A DNA stretch of 51,579 bases. Source: Actinomycetota bacterium (GTDB lineage Bacteria; Actinomycetota; Acidimicrobiia; Acidimicrobiales; Ilumatobacteraceae). The stretch's first letter is position 1. Each line of letters opens with the position of its first letter. A program made the position numbers and the translations under genes. The notes under the pieces were generated by a model. It made no database searches. It was not told the origin of the DNA and saw only the letters and a program-made list of their open reading frames with translations. The stretch is taken from NCBI GenBank assembly GCA_041180985.1, contig JBEGQK010000027.1:1-51579 (forward strand). The letters are read 5' to 3'. Shown here one piece after another: positions 1-9,438 of this stretch.

Positions 1-1119
1 GCGCTCGGCCATGACGAGTACTTCATCGACACCGAGTTCCACCGCGAGAAGACGTACTTCCCGCGTCTCGCCCTCGTGCAGATCGGTGTGGGCGAGCGCA
101 TCGCACTGATCGACCCGCTGACGGTCGACACGTCGTTGCTGCGACCCCTTTTCGAGAGCAATGCCCTCGCCGTGTTCCACGCGGCCCAGCAGGATCTCGA
201 TGTCATGACCCAGTCAATGGGTTTTGTGCCGTCACGGATCTATGACACGCAACTGGCTGCCGGGTTCATCGGCTACTCGAGTCCGTCGCTGGTGAACCTC
301 GCAGCGTCGCTCCTCAGGGTCACCGTTCCGAAGGGGGACCGTCTCACGGACTGGTTGCGGCGGCCGCTGACCAACGACCAACGCAACTACGCGGCATCGG
401 ATGTCGTCCACCTTCCCGAACTCATGAGATTGATCAACGAGGACCTCGATCGGCGCGGACGGACACAGTGGTGCGCCGAGGCGTGCGAGGAACTCCGCAC
501 ACGCCCGGTCGGTCCCACCGACCCCGACGACGCGTGGCTGAGGGTGAAGGACATCCGCACCGTGAAGGGCAAGTCGAGGTGGGTGGCGCAGTCCGTCGCG
601 CGCTGGCGGGAGGAGCGGGCGATGCACCTCGACATTCCGCCGCGCCACGTCATGTCGGACATCGCGCTGCTGAGCGTCGCGCAACGCTGCCCGCGGAACC
701 CGGAGGAGCTCGGGTCGTGCCGTGGAATCGACGGCAGGTTGACCCACGGCAACCTCGCCGACGCACTTCTCAACGCCGTGCGCGCGGGACTCTCGGGCTC
801 TGAATCGGGGGAACTCGCGTTCCCGGCACCCGAGGGGGAGGACCTGGAGAAATCGATGCGACCGGCAGTCACGTTGGTCGGTGTGTGGGTCGCCGAATTG
901 GCCCGACAGAGCGACCTCGACCCGACACTTCTCGGGACACGGAAGGACATCGTCGACCTTCTCGCGGGGAACCAGGGTGCCAGACTCGCCGAGGGCTGGC
1001 GTGCCGACATCCTCGGACGTGACGTGGAGTTGCTGATCCAGGGCAGGATGGCGCTCACTTTCCGCAGCGAGGGCAGCGAGATGGGTCTGGCAATGGTCCC
1101 CGTTGACCCCACGAAATAG
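1..1119 (+). CDS. rnd: Ribonuclease D (5'-truncated at the window edge)
   Basis: Frame 1 is open from base 1 (ALGHDEYFIDTEFHREKTYFPRLALVQIGV...). DEDDy exonuclease motifs are present (IDTEF, HAAQQDLDV, YAASDVVHL), followed by an HRDC-like C-terminal region. Stop TAG at 1117-1119. Confidence 0.8.
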   Translation, partial: ALGHDEYFIDTEFHREKTYFPRLALVQIGVGERIALIDPLTVDTSLLRPLFESNALAVFHAAQQDLDVMTQSMGFVPSRIYDTQLAAGFIGYSSPSLVNLAASLLRVTVPKGDRLTDWLRRPLTNDQRNYAASDVVHLPELMRLINEDLDRRGRTQWCAEACEELRTRPVGPTDPDDAWLRVKDIRTVKGKSRWVAQSVARWREERAMHLDIPPRHVMSDIALLSVAQRCPRNPEELGSCRGIDGRLTHGNLADALLNAVRAGLSGSESGELAFPAPEGEDLEKSMRPAVTLVGVWVAELARQSDLDPTLLGTRKDIVDLLAGNQGARLAEGWRADILGRDVELLIQGRMALTFRSEGSEMGLAMVPVDPTK

Positions 1120-1208
1120 CCCAATTCCCCGAATCCAGGGCATGCAAACGGTAAAGTATCCAAGTTGTACCGAAAGGCCCCCCAGGCCTCAAGACTTGGA
1201 GCCCGAGC

Positions 1209-1403
1209 GTGAAAAAGGGTCGCCACCGCCGCTTCGAAGAAGCGCGAAAACTGAAGCAGGCCGGTCCTTCGGCGTCTGACCTTGGGTTCAGTGACTCGTC
1301 ACGGTCGTCCAAGTCCGAGGATGACGAGTACGCAGAAATCGCAGAGCGCTACGGCGTTCGTTTCGACGATGAGGACGAAGAGTCCGAAGACGACGACGAC
1401 TGA
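1209..1403 (+). CDS. Small protein with a basic N-terminus and acidic C-terminus (DUF3073-like from memory)
   Basis: 64 codons starting at GTG: [17 protein letters not shown] ... [12 protein letters not shown] ... [12 protein letters not shown]. It fills the rnd-typA gap and ends 20 nt before the typA ATG. The family assignment is unverified. Confidence 0.5.
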   Translation: MKKGRHRRFEEARKLKQAGPSASDLGFSDSSRSSKSEDDEYAEIAERYGVRFDDEDEESEDDDD

Positions 1404-1422
1404 ACCCAGTCGGCACCCGAAC

Positions 1423-3252
1423 ATGAAGAACCCCCTACGCAACGTTGCCCTGGTCGCGCACGTCGACCACGGCAAGACAACCCTCGTGGACGCACTGCTG
1501 CGCTCCACCGGCACTTTCGCATCGCACCAGCAGGTCGTGGACCGCGTCATGGACTCCGACGACCAGGAACGGGAGCGCGGCATCACGATTCTCGCCAAGG
1601 CCGCCCGTGTCCGGTACAAGGACGTCCTGGTCAACATCGTGGACACCCCGGGACACGCCGACTTCGGTGGTGAGGTGGAGAGGGCACTCGCACTCGTGGA
1701 CGGGATCGTGCTTCTCGTTGACGCGGCCGAAGGACCCTTGCCCCAGACCCGCTACGTGCTGTCGAAGGCACTCGGGCGCGGTCTGCCCACCGTTCTCGTC
1801 ATCAACAAGGTCGACCGGCATGATGCCCGGCCCGAGGAGGTGCTCGAGGAGGTCGAGCAGTTGTTCCTGGACCTCGCGATGAGCGACGACCAACTGTCGT
1901 TCCCCGTCATCTCGGCGGTGGCCCGCGAGGGCCGCGCCATGAAGGGCGTCGGCATGCCGGCGGCCGACGCGGATTTGTCCACGCTCCTCGACACGATTCT
2001 CGAGACCGTTCCTGCCCCGTCCATGGACGAAGAGGCGCCCATGACCGCGTTGGTCACGAATCTCGACGCGTCCGATTATCTCGGTCGACTCGCCATCGGT
2101 CGCGTCCACAGCGGTGTCATGCGCAAGGGTGACAGCGTTTCCCTGTGGGGCAAGGACACCGACGGGAACCCGCTCAGGCGCCGCATCGCCCAGCTGAGCG
2201 TGTTCGACGGTGTGGGCCGCTCCGAAGTCGACGAGATCCGCGCCGGTGACCTTTTCGTGCTCGCGGGAATCCCCGAGGTGGAGGTGGGCGACACCATCGC
2301 AGCCCCCGACGTGACCGCACCGCTCGCGCGTCTCGAGGTGGACGAGCCCGTCATCCGCATGAGTTTCGGCGTGAACAACTCGCCCTATGCAGGGCGCGAG
2401 GGCAAGTACGTCACCAGTCGCCACATCCGCGAGCGACTCAACAAGGAGATCCTCGGGAACGTGTCGATCAAGATCGCCGACACCGATTCGGCGGACGTGA
2501 TGAGCGTCGCCGGGCGCGGCGAGCTGCAGCTGGCGGTTCTCATCGAGAACATGCGCCGCGAGGGCTTCGAGCTCCAGGTCAGCAGGCCCGAGGTGATCAC
2601 ACGCGAGATCAACGGGAAGAAGCACGAGCCGCTGGAGGCCGGCACCTGTGACGTCCCTGACGAGCATGTCGGCACAGTCACGCAGGCGCTGGCCCCGCGC
2701 AAGGGACGGATTCTCGACCTGCGTCCGGGCGACCCCGGACGGACCATCGTGTCCTTCGAGGCCCCGTCACGCGGACTCATCGGTTTCCGCAGCATGTTGA
2801 TGACGGCAACCCGCGGAACCGCTCTTCTCAACCAGAGCCACGCGGGGTGGACGCCGTGGGCGGGGGAGCTCCCTCACCGTCTCGGTGGGGCGATGATCGC
2901 CGACAGGATGGGGTCCACCACGGCCTACGCACTCGACAACCTCCAGATGCGCGGGACGCTCTTCCTGTCACCCGGCGAGGATGTCTACGAGGGAATGGTC
3001 ATCGGTGAGGGTGCCCGCGGCGAGGAGATGGTGGTGAACGCGGTCAGGCCGAAGGAGAAGAACAACATCCGGACGCACAGCCATGACGACGGCGTGAAAC
3101 TGGCGGCCCCCATCATCCACACACTCGAGACGGCCATCGAGTGGATCGGCGACGACGAACTGGTCGAGGTGACGCCCACCAAGATCCGCATCCGCAAGCG
3201 CATGCTCGGTCTCGAGGACCGTCGCCGTGCGTTCAAGAAGCAGAATTCGTAA
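1423..3252 (+). CDS. typA: Translational GTPase TypA/BipA
   Basis: [26 protein letters not shown] (G1), [12 protein letters not shown] (G3), NKVD (G4), and an EF-G-like domain order. I prefer the ATG at 1423 to the 1282 ORF start because the upstream 47 codons look non-homologous and overlap the small ORF. Confidence 0.95.
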   Translation: MKNPLRNVALVAHVDHGKTTLVDALLRSTGTFASHQQVVDRVMDSDDQERERGITILAKAARVRYKDVLVNIVDTPGHADFGGEVERALALVDGIVLLVDAAEGPLPQTRYVLSKALGRGLPTVLVINKVDRHDARPEEVLEEVEQLFLDLAMSDDQLSFPVISAVAREGRAMKGVGMPAADADLSTLLDTILETVPAPSMDEEAPMTALVTNLDASDYLGRLAIGRVHSGVMRKGDSVSLWGKDTDGNPLRRRIAQLSVFDGVGRSEVDEIRAGDLFVLAGIPEVEVGDTIAAPDVTAPLARLEVDEPVIRMSFGVNNSPYAGREGKYVTSRHIRERLNKEILGNVSIKIADTDSADVMSVAGRGELQLAVLIENMRREGFELQVSRPEVITREINGKKHEPLEAGTCDVPDEHVGTVTQALAPRKGRILDLRPGDPGRTIVSFEAPSRGLIGFRSMLMTATRGTALLNQSHAGWTPWAGELPHRLGGAMIADRMGSTTAYALDNLQMRGTLFLSPGEDVYEGMVIGEGARGEEMVVNAVRPKEKNNIRTHSHDDGVKLAAPIIHTLETAIEWIGDDELVEVTPTKIRIRKRMLGLEDRRRAFKKQNS

Positions 3253-3257
3253 GGGGC

Positions 3258-3986
3258 TCAGCCCTTGCGCTTGAGCGCGGGGTGGGGAAGTGCGACCGCT
3301 CTCGGTCGCTCGAGGTACTTGACCATGATGTCGTAGGCCTCGGTGCCCATGATCTCGGTCAGCTCGTTCCTGAAGTACACGTACGCGGCGTTCTCGCCGA
3401 CGAAAGCGTCTGCTGATTCCGTGCACCACCAGGCGAAGTCGTCGCCGCCGGACCCCCAGTCGCGCCTCTTCCATTCGCGCAGCGTCGAGACGACGTGGCC
3501 GTCATCCTCGATGTGCTCTTCCAGTCGCACGGGCACCTGCCAGCACACGTCGGGCTTCCAGTCCATGTGGCGTTCGCCCGCCTCCTCCGCGGCGATGTGG
3601 AAGGCGCAACCCGTGCCGCCCTCGAAACCGGGAGGGTTGTGGAAGATGCACGCTCCATCGACCACGCGGGTCTTCTCCTCGCCGTCGCTGTCGATCTCGA
3701 TCCAGCCCTTCTTCTCGGCGGACTTGTGGTTCTTCCAATGACGCGGCTCCAACCGCTTCACGGCCTTCTCGACCGACTTCTTGTCCTTCTTGTCGAGGAA
3801 GTGCGCACCGAACGAGCAGCAGCCCTGGCTGAGCTCGGGCGTCGGGTCGTCATGGATGCCCTGGCAGCCCTCTCCGAAGATGCACTTGAAATTCGAGTTG
3901 AAGAACGTGGCGTCGATCGTCCATGTCCTTTGTTCGTTGGGATCCTCGAAACTGATCCATTCGTGGGCAAGGTCTTCGTGGGGCAC
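3258..3986 (-). CDS. Conserved-looking cysteine/histidine-rich hypothetical protein
   Basis: 242-aa ORF with good G/C third-position bias. It has 8 Cys in local motifs (CIFGEGCQGIH, GCCSFGAHF, GACIFH, GCAFH, VCW, WWC). I recognise no family with confidence. Confidence 0.75.
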   Translation of the reverse strand: MPHEDLAHEWISFEDPNEQRTWTIDATFFNSNFKCIFGEGCQGIHDDPTPELSQGCCSFGAHFLDKKDKKSVEKAVKRLEPRHWKNHKSAEKKGWIEIDSDGEEKTRVVDGACIFHNPPGFEGGTGCAFHIAAEEAGERHMDWKPDVCWQVPVRLEEHIEDDGHVVSTLREWKRRDWGSGGDDFAWWCTESADAFVGENAAYVYFRNELTEIMGTEAYDIMVKYLERPRAVALPHPALKRKG

Positions 3987-4044
3987 GTCACAACGCTAGA
4001 TGATGCGGCTTCGACTGCTCACATCGCCGATGTACCTTTGGTGA

Positions 4045-4251
4045 ATGAGCGGTGAACAGTTCGACGAGATCGTGTCCCAACTCGAGTCCATCAGCGAGAC
4101 ACTCGGAGAGAGGACGTTCGACCTGTTGCGAGAGGCTGTCGCGTCGGGCTCCGGCCAAAGACCGGCGGCGGAAAAGACGATCACCCAGGCACGCCGGGCG
4201 ATCGACAAGGCCATCCACTTGCTGTCCGGACTTCCTCCTACCAGCGGTTGA
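4045..4251 (+). CDS. Small helical hypothetical protein
   Basis: 68 codons starting at ATG, with coding-like codon bias. Its 3' end overlaps the convergent LOG gene by 14 nt. Confidence 0.45.
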   Translation: MSGEQFDEIVSQLESISETLGERTFDLLREAVASGSGQRPAAEKTITQARRAIDKAIHLLSGLPPTSG

Positions 4252-5263
4252 GTGCCTCGATCAGGGGCAGCAAGGGCGCGTAGCCCTTGCCCGTGTACGA
4301 CACGGCCAACCGGTGCTTGTCGAGTGCGTCCGCGTCACGCGTCTCGACGGCGGTGGGTCCTGTCATCTCGAAACGCTTGTTCCCGTGGAGGTGGACGAAC
4401 CCGGTCCGCAGCGCGGCGAGGTCAGCGTCAGGAACGGGTCGCTCCAGCCTGATGACGAGAATGTCGTCCACATGGCGGATGGAGTGGAAGTTCCTGTAGA
4501 AACCGGTGACGAGCCGGACCGCTTCATCCACGTTGCTCGTGATGCGGTACAGACCCGTGTCCTCCGGCGAGATGACCTCGTGGGCCAGCAGCGTGGGCAT
4601 GAGACCCGCCATGATCGGCTTCCAGAACGGACGGTCGGGCGGGTCGAGGAACACAATCGGTGCGGGCACAGACCTGCCCGTCTGCACGAGCGTCAGAAGC
4701 TCGAATGTCTCGTCGAGCGTGCCGAACCCGCCGGGGAGACAGAGGAAGCCGTGGGACTCCTTCATGAGCATCAACTTCCTGGTGAAGAAGTAGCGCATGG
4801 TGACGTGCTTCTCGTCGTCGATGATGATGTCGTTCGCCGACGCCTCGAAGGGCAGCCGGATCGACACTCCGATTGACTTCTCCTTGCCGGCACCCACCAT
4901 GCCGGCCTCCATGAGGCCCGGGCCGGCGCCCGTGACGACCATGAACCCCTCGTCTGCCAGCCTCCGGGCGACTTCGACGGTGAGGTCATAGATCGGGCTC
5001 CCGGCGGAGATCCGTGCGGAGCCGAAGATGGTCACCTTCCGTGCGTCCCTGTACGGCGCGAACATCTCGAATGCGTCCTCCATCTCCTGGAGGGCTGCAC
5101 TCGCGATCTTCACGTCGAGGCTTGATGCCTGCCCGCGGATGAGGTCGTCGACGGCATCGAGCAGACGCGCAATCTGACGGCGGTCGGCACCCGCCCTCGT
5201 GGAGGCCGCGAGTGATGCCTCGATGCGTGCCAGGGTTCCGCCCGGCCCGGATGCATCGGTCAT
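4238..5263 (-). CDS. LOG family (TIGR00730-type) nucleotide 5'-monophosphate nucleosidase with N- and C-terminal extensions
   Basis: VTIFGSAR..., VVTGAGPGLMEAG, and the PGGFGTLDETFE LOG signature. The ATG at 5263 (MTDASGPGG...) shares its A with the tal stop (TGATG). The longer 460-aa ORF would run through tal. Confidence 0.85.
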   Translation of the reverse strand: MTDASGPGGTLARIEASLAASTRAGADRRQIARLLDAVDDLIRGQASSLDVKIASAALQEMEDAFEMFAPYRDARKVTIFGSARISAGSPIYDLTVEVARRLADEGFMVVTGAGPGLMEAGMVGAGKEKSIGVSIRLPFEASANDIIIDDEKHVTMRYFFTRKLMLMKESHGFLCLPGGFGTLDETFELLTLVQTGRSVPAPIVFLDPPDRPFWKPIMAGLMPTLLAHEVISPEDTGLYRITSNVDEAVRLVTGFYRNFHSIRHVDDILVIRLERPVPDADLAALRTGFVHLHGNKRFEMTGPTAVETRDADALDKHRLAVSYTGKGYAPLLPLIEALNRW

Positions 5264-6369
5264 CAGGACCCGAGCGACGATGCCTTGACGTGAAGTGCCG
5301 AGATGAGGTCCTCGAAACTCTTGATGAAGGAGGCCACTCCCTCCCGCTCCAACTGGTCGGCCACGTCGTTCACGTCCACGCCGTGCCCGGCGAGTTCGTC
5401 CCACTGTGCCCTCGCCGTGCCGACGCCCACGTCGATCGTGCGGGCGACAGTCCCGTGGTCGGAGAACGCCTCGACAGTTGGGTCGGGCAGGGTGTTCACG
5501 GTGTGCGGTCCGATCAGCGCATCGACGTAGAGCGTGTCCGGGTACGCGGGATTCTTCGTGGATGTGGAAGCCCAGAGTGGTCTCTGAACCTGTGCACCGA
5601 GACCGGCGAGCTTCTGCCACCGCGGACCCGAGAACACGCTGACGAACGCGTCGTACGCGAGCTTCGCCTGGTTGACCGCAGCGGTGCCCCGCAGGGCAAG
5701 GGCGCCCGGTGTGCCCGTGGCCTCGAGCCGCTTGTCGATCTCGGTGTCGACGCGGCTGATGAAGAAACTCGCGACACTCGCGATTCCCGAGATCGGGAGA
5801 CCTTGCTGGACCCTGTCCTCCAGGCCGCGGAGGTAAGCCTCCATCACGTCGCGGTAACGGTCGAGGCTGAAGATCAACGTGACGTTCACGTTCCGGCCGT
5901 CGGCGATCATCTGGCGGATGGCGGGCACGCCCTCGCGCGTTGCCGGGATCTTGATCATCACGTTGTCGCGGTTGATGCGGTCGTCGAGAGCGCGTCCGGC
6001 TGCAAGGGTCCCTGGTCCGTCGTGGGCGAGCGAGGGATCAACCTCGACGCTCACGTACCCGTCGACGCCACCCGAGAGGGCGTGGACGCCGGCGAAGGCG
6101 TCGAGGGCGCCGTGAATGTCGGTGATCACGAGTTCCCAGTACGCCTCGACAGGGGAGAGCCCCCGCCGGATCTCGTTCGTGAATTGTTCGTCGTAGTCCG
6201 CGCTGCCCTGGATGGCCTTCTGGAAGATCGTCGGGTTGGACGTGAGCCCGCGGATGCCCGACTCGATGATCGTTCTCAACGTTCCACCGGTGATGAACGC
6301 TCTCTGGAGGTTGTCGAGCCACGGGCTCTGACCCTGCTCTTCGGACAGACGGCGCAGACGATCGCTCAC
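5263..6369 (-). CDS. tal: Transaldolase (actinobacterial long type)
   Basis: SPWLDNLQR..., TSNPTIFQKAI, and the VMIKIPAT active-site Lys region. The GTG start at 6369 overlaps the tkt stop (GTGA). Confidence 0.9.
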   Translation of the reverse strand: MSDRLRRLSEEQGQSPWLDNLQRAFITGGTLRTIIESGIRGLTSNPTIFQKAIQGSADYDEQFTNEIRRGLSPVEAYWELVITDIHGALDAFAGVHALSGGVDGYVSVEVDPSLAHDGPGTLAAGRALDDRINRDNVMIKIPATREGVPAIRQMIADGRNVNVTLIFSLDRYRDVMEAYLRGLEDRVQQGLPISGIASVASFFISRVDTEIDKRLEATGTPGALALRGTAAVNQAKLAYDAFVSVFSGPRWQKLAGLGAQVQRPLWASTSTKNPAYPDTLYVDALIGPHTVNTLPDPTVEAFSDHGTVARTIDVGVGTARAQWDELAGHGVDVNDVADQLEREGVASFIKSFEDLISALHVKASSLGS

Positions 6370-8318
6370 TGCTTGATTGCTTCCTTCACGGTGGCGACGA
6401 CGTTCGCGACGTTGACACCGAGCTTGTCCATCACGACGTTGCCCGGCGCGCTCGCGCCGAACCTGTCGATGCCGACCGATGCGTCGGCGTACTTGGCCCA
6501 CCCGAAGGTCGACCCAGCCTCGACGCTGACGACCGGCACACCAGCAGGCAGCACAGAGCGGCGGTACGTGACCGGTTGGGCATCAAAGACGTTCCATGAA
6601 GGCATCGAGACGACATTGACGGGGATTCCCTCGGCCGCCAGAGTCTCGGCCGCATCGCATGCGACACCGAGCTCGCTTCCGGTGGCGATGATCACAGCGG
6701 CAGGATGGGGCGAGGTACGGATCGACTTTGCACCGACAGCGACTGCGGAGCCGTCGGTCAACGACGGGACGTTCTGCCGGGAGAGGATGATCGCCGTGGG
6801 GCCGTCGTGCTCCACGGCCGCCCTCCACGCGGCGATGGTCTCGTTCGGGTCCGACGGGCGGATGACGTTGAGCCCGGGGATTGCCCGCAGCGTGGCCAGG
6901 TGCTCGATCGGTTGGTGGGTCGGCCCGTCCTCACCGACGCCGACGGAGTCATGACTGAAGACGAACACGCACTTCGCGCGCGAGAGTGCCGCAAGACGGA
7001 TGGACGGGCGCATGTAGTCGGCGAAGACGAAAAACGTGCCGGCCACCGGCAGCACCCCGCCGTGCAGAGCCATCCCGACGAGCGCAGCTCCCATTGCGTG
7101 CTCACGGATGCCGTAATACACCTGCCGTCCGGCATTGTTCGATGAAGAGAACGCGTTCTTGCCATCCAGTTGGGCACCGGTGTTCCCGGTGAGGTCGGCG
7201 GCGCCGCTGATGACCGCGGGAAGAGTGTCTCTGCTCGCCTCGAGTGCCTTCTGGAACGCCTGGCGCGTCGCGAGGTTGGTGTCGGCATCGAACGTGGGAA
7301 GAGATGCGTCCCATCCCGGGACTGCGAGCGTCGTGACTGCGCCCGTGACGGCCTTCTCGCGCCCGCCGATCGATGACCTCCACGCCCCGACAGCCTCGGC
7401 CGCGCGGGCCGCGACATGGCTCCTGTACGCGCCGACAAGTTCGGACGGGGCCCAGAACGGTTCGTCGGGTATGCCCATGACCTTCTTCGTGGCGGTGACG
7501 TGGGCGGCGGTGAAGGGGTTCCCGTGCGCCGTGTGGTTGTCGGTGAGGTCGGGTGACGGGTGGCCGATGTGGGTCCGCAGCACGACGAGTGTGGGTTGGC
7601 CCCGGTGCGTGACGGCTGCCCTCAGTGTCTTCTCGATGGAATCGAGATCGTCGCCGGGGTCACCCGCATCGAGGACGTTCCAGCCGTAGGAACGGAAACG
7701 CATGGCGACGTCATCTGAGCAGCTCATGTCCGTCCCGCCGTCGATGGTGATCTTGTTGTCATCGAAGATGCACACCAGATGATCGAGCTTCAGGTGACCG
7801 GCGAGTGACGCGGCTTCATGGCTGATGCCCTCCATCAGGCAACCGTCGCCGGCGATGACATAGATGTCGTGATCGATCGCATCAGCACCGTGGGTCGCGC
7901 GCAGGTGGGCCTCGGCGATGGCCATGCCGACGGCATTCGCGAACCCCTGCCCGAGTGGGCCCGTTGTCACCTCGACGCCGTCGGTGTGTCCGACCTCGGG
8001 GTGACCGGGCGTCGCCGAGCCCCATTGCCGGAACTGCTTGATGTCATCCATCTCGGTCCCGTGTCCGGAGAGGAAGAGCATGGCGTACTGGAGAATCGAT
8101 GCGTGACCACCGGAGAGGATGAAGCGGTCCCGGTTCAACCACTGCGGGTCGGCCGGGTCGAAGCGCATCATGCGACTGAAAAGGACGTGTGCGAGGGGAG
8201 CGAGAGACATCGCAGTTCCCTGGTGGCCACTCTTGGCAGCGAGGGGGGCATCCATTGCGAGGCCCCTGATGAGGGCGATTGCCTGCTGGTCCTGGTCAGA
8301 TGTCAGTTTGGAAGCCAC
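6366..8318 (-). CDS. tkt: Transketolase
   Basis: GHQGTAMSLAPLAHVLF and the ThDP motif IAGDGCLMEGISHEA, with full-length similarity to Tkt. The start is chosen at GTG 8318 (VASKLTSDQDQQAI...). The exact start is uncertain. Confidence 0.9.
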   Translation of the reverse strand: MASKLTSDQDQQAIALIRGLAMDAPLAAKSGHQGTAMSLAPLAHVLFSRMMRFDPADPQWLNRDRFILSGGHASILQYAMLFLSGHGTEMDDIKQFRQWGSATPGHPEVGHTDGVEVTTGPLGQGFANAVGMAIAEAHLRATHGADAIDHDIYVIAGDGCLMEGISHEAASLAGHLKLDHLVCIFDDNKITIDGGTDMSCSDDVAMRFRSYGWNVLDAGDPGDDLDSIEKTLRAAVTHRGQPTLVVLRTHIGHPSPDLTDNHTAHGNPFTAAHVTATKKVMGIPDEPFWAPSELVGAYRSHVAARAAEAVGAWRSSIGGREKAVTGAVTTLAVPGWDASLPTFDADTNLATRQAFQKALEASRDTLPAVISGAADLTGNTGAQLDGKNAFSSSNNAGRQVYYGIREHAMGAALVGMALHGGVLPVAGTFFVFADYMRPSIRLAALSRAKCVFVFSHDSVGVGEDGPTHQPIEHLATLRAIPGLNVIRPSDPNETIAAWRAAVEHDGPTAIILSRQNVPSLTDGSAVAVGAKSIRTSPHPAAVIIATGSELGVACDAAETLAAEGIPVNVVSMPSWNVFDAQPVTYRRSVLPAGVPVVSVEAGSTFGWAKYADASVGIDRFGASAPGNVVMDKLGVNVANVVATVKEAIKQ

Positions 8319-9438
8319 GGAGAGACTGTAATCGCCGCCACGTGTGCACGACGCGGAGGGAGTCGTCACAAGCAACCATGTCGCATGACATTCCCGTCTC
8401 GATGACTCCGATGTCACGACGGCCGAGCAGGCGCGCCGGGACCGAGGTGGCGGCACGGAGGGCTGTGGACAGTTCCACTCCGCATTCCGTCACTGCATTC
8501 CGGACGCATTCGCCCAGGGGGGTGGCACTTCCGGCAAGAGTGCCGTCCCCGAGAGTCGGCACACCGTTCACGACCCGAACGCCGGCCCTCTGCGCCCACG
8601 CGGCTCGCCATGCAATCGAGTCAGAGACGAGGCACACACCGGACGGTTTGACGGCGAACGCAACGGACACGGCAGCCGGTTGCACGTGGTGAGTGTCAGC
8701 GATGAGCCCCGTCACGACCCGGTCGTCGGTCAGGGCGGCAAGTGCCACACCGAACTCCCTGTGGTGGACACCGGACATTGCATTGAACAGATGCGTCACC
8801 ATCTGCGCACCCGCTGCCACAGCTGCTTCCCATTGCTCGCGCGAGGGTCTCGTGTGGCCGATCGACGCGATGACACCCCTCGCACGCAACGCCCTGATCG
8901 CGTCGGTGCTTCGCTCGTGCTCGATCCCCACGGTGACCAGCCTCACTGTCCCGGGGAGGCTCTGCAGCCAACCGATGTCGGGCTCAGCCACAAGGGCACG
9001 CGGATGTGCACCCGGTGCCGAACCGATGAAGGGGCCCTCCAGGTGTATGCCGACGCAGCCCTCCAGGCCTGCCCCCGAAATGCGTTCGACGCGGCGTGAC
9101 ATGGCGGCAAGGTCGTCGGTGATGAGTGTCGCCAGGTACGAGGTCGTGCCGGCCTGCGCGAGCATGCCGTCCAGCCTCGCCAGGTTGTCGGCGTCCGCGT
9201 CGGCGCAGTCAACGTCATCGAATCCGTTCATCTGCAGGTCGACATAACCTGGCACCAGCAGGTGATGGTCGGGCACTCCCTCGAACGGCGCGATGCTGCG
9301 CACCGTTCCTTCCGAGACGGTGATCACCGACGGACCGTGCATCCGGGTGCCGTCGAAGAAGCGGGCTGCCGTGATGGCGTCTGTCAAGGACACGTCATCA
9401 CGGTACTGGTGGTCGTCAGGCGGCCCCTGCCTTCGCAC
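8296..9438 (-). CDS. nagA: N-acetylglucosamine-6-phosphate deacetylase-like amidohydrolase
   Basis: VPGYVDLQMNG, IHLEGPFI, THLFNAMS and similar motifs. The maximal ORF starts at GTG 9438, overlapping the desaturase stop by 23 nt. GTG at 9393 (VSLTDAITAARFFDG) is an alternative start. Confidence 0.8.
   Translation of the reverse strand: MRRQGPPDDHQYRDDVSLTDAITAARFFDGTRMHGPSVITVSEGTVRSIAPFEGVPDHHLLVPGYVDLQMNGFDDVDCADADADNLARLDGMLAQAGTTSYLATLITDDLAAMSRRVERISGAGLEGCVGIHLEGPFIGSAPGAHPRALVAEPDIGWLQSLPGTVRLVTVGIEHERSTDAIRALRARGVIASIGHTRPSREQWEAAVAAGAQMVTHLFNAMSGVHHREFGVALAALTDDRVVTGLIADTHHVQPAAVSVAFAVKPSGVCLVSDSIAWRAAWAQRAGVRVVNGVPTLGDGTLAGSATPLGECVRNAVTECGVELSTALRAATSVPARLLGRRDIGVIETGMSCDMVACDDSLRVVHTWRRLQSLRGFQTDI

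Noticed and set aside
232-1226. Long minus-strand ORFs (303 and 279 aa) antisense to rnd
   Set aside because: These are typical high-GC shadow ORFs: Arg/Pro/Ala-rich, no recognisable motifs, and fully embedded in a well-supported RNase D frame.
1340-1400. Low-complexity GAC/GAA/GAG runs here and at 31273-31600, considered as tandem repeats
   Set aside because: They are in-frame acidic coding tracts (poly-D/E), not repeat elements or arrays. No spacer-repeat periodicity is present anywhere in the window, so there is no CRISPR.
1282-1422. N-terminal extension of typA from the 1282 ORF start
   Set aside because: The extension has no similarity to TypA and overlaps the small acidic ORF. The canonical [20 protein letters not shown] begins at ATG 1423.
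1435-2667. 410-aa minus-strand ORF inside typA
   Set aside because: It is an antisense shadow of a highly conserved GTPase gene and has no motifs.
5264-5620. Upstream 119 codons of the 460-aa LOG ORF
   Set aside because: They would run through the tal coding region in another frame. The sequence is Arg-rich and low-complexity. The ATG at 5263 gives a clean TGATG junction.
5212-6954. 580-aa plus-strand ORF across tal and tkt
   Set aside because: It is antisense to two strongly supported enzymes and its composition is typical of GC-rich non-coding frames.
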